Source: Calcarisporiella thermophila CBS 279.70
Lineage: Eukaryota > Fungi > Calcarisporiellomycota
Direction of reading: 5' to 3'
Assembly (NCBI RefSeq): GCF_041956535.1
Contig: NW_027192232.1
Location: 1-64,000, forward strand
Length of the DNA: 64,000 nt
Positions 63,103 through 64,000 of this stretch are shown here, piece by piece. The first letter of the stretch is position 1. Each line of letters begins with the position of its first letter. The position numbers were made by a program, and so were the translations under genes. Below the pieces are notes generated by a model that was given only the letters and a program-made list of their open reading frames with translations, ran no database searches and was not told where the DNA came from.

Positions 63103-64000
63103 TTATGATTTGCCCAATCCATATTTTTCAAGCACCCGGCCTACATCGGGAAGTCCCCTCAAATCCCCTTGTGCCACCACGGTCGATGGCTCGCACAATA
63201 TCCGCCCGCATATCCGGACCAGATCCCCCAAGGTCACTGCATCGATTCGTTCACACATTTCGGCTACGGTGATTTTTCTGCCATGGACTTGGATCTGTCG
63301 CCCCAGATCCTCAAGCTGCACCATTCGCGACTCCAAATTCATCAACAGTGAGGATTTGAGCTGGTTCTTTGCACGATTGAGCTCATCTCTAGTAACTCCG
63401 CCAGCGCGCACCAACTCCAACTCTCGTGCGATGACCTCGGCGAGATGACGTGTGTATTCCGGCCGGCAGGATGCAGCAATCCCAAATAGGCCGGCATCGG
63501 TGTAGCAGTGGTTGAACGCTGTGCATGATTCAACCCAGTAATGTTGATTAAGCACACGCGTGAAGAGTCTGGAGTACATGCCTTTGCCTGGTCCTCCTGC
63601 AGAGAAGGAGCCTCCGCCGCCCATGAGGATTTGGAGGGTGGCGAGGGAGTAAATATCGGGGTCATGGATTGAGAAGCCTGGGAAGGCAACATACACATGG
63701 GTGAAAGGCATATCTGGCTGTTCAAGCAGAAGAGAGCCACCTGTGTAGTGTGCACGTTGAACTGCAATTTCTTGCGGAGTTCTGGGCGGCCGTGAGAGCA
63801 TTGAGGTTGCTGCACGGGTGATGGTTTTGTAGAGTGAACTATCGCCTTTCGCCTTTTTACCGATGCTCAAGTCCTGGGTGTTAGTGGCAACTTCACCGGC
63901 CCAATCCGACTTGGGCATATCCCCGAAGTGCTGCTCAACCAACTGCACTACTTGGTCATGAGGCGCTCCGGCCGCCGCAATGACTATCCGCTCCGGAACG
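63103..64000 (-). CDS. MAS2: Mitochondrial processing peptidase alpha subunit (C-terminal part; 5' end outside the window)
   Basis: Glycine-rich loop LMGGGGSFSAGGPGKGMYSRL, ELNRAKNQLKSSLLMNLESR, EDLGRQ. Confidence 0.96.
   Translation of the reverse strand, partial: VPERIVIAAAGAPHDQVVQLVEQHFGDMPKSDWAGEVATNTQDLSIGKKAKGDSSLYKTITRAATSMLSRPPRTPQEIAVQRAHYTGGSLLLEQPDMPFTHVYVAFPGFSIHDPDIYSLATLQILMGGGGSFSAGGPGKGMYSRLFTRVLNQHYWVESCTAFNHCYTDAGLFGIAASCRPEYTRHLAEVIARELELVRAGGVTRDELNRAKNQLKSSLLMNLESRMVQLEDLGRQIQVHGRKITVAEMCERIDAVTLGDLVRICGRILCEPSTVVAQGDLRGLPDVGRVLEKYGLGKS

Overview
Gene-dense, intron-rich eukaryotic DNA from a fungus, most likely early-diverging (Mucoromycota/Zoopagomycota-like), inferred from a Ral-type GTPase together with velvet, STE12 and Zn2Cys6 genes. 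I can support about 27 protein-coding genes and one tRNA-Gly(TCC). Housekeeping and signalling genes: HEM4, FlbA/Sst2-type RGS, beta-TrCP/FWD1-like F-box WD40, BUR1/CDK9, VPS26, PSR1, SEC16, RPT6, Ral, VosA-like velvet, TBCC and MAS2 (partial). Four Zn2Cys6 transcription factors share an unusual W-x6/7-(G)LRIDTN-type motif. Two more AT-rich accessory stretches carry secreted proteins. The most striking element is at about 44.1-53.2 kb. A STE3-type pheromone receptor is flanked by three paralogous secreted pro-proteins of a family I do not recognise, each with two Cys-bracketed repeats (C-x24-C and C-x25-C) joined by a variable linker that carries KR sites in two of the three. A divergent STE12 and RPT6/SUG1 follow directly. 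This is a candidate peptide ligand/receptor or proto-mating-type locus outside Dikarya. Exon boundaries were read by eye and no database searches were run.
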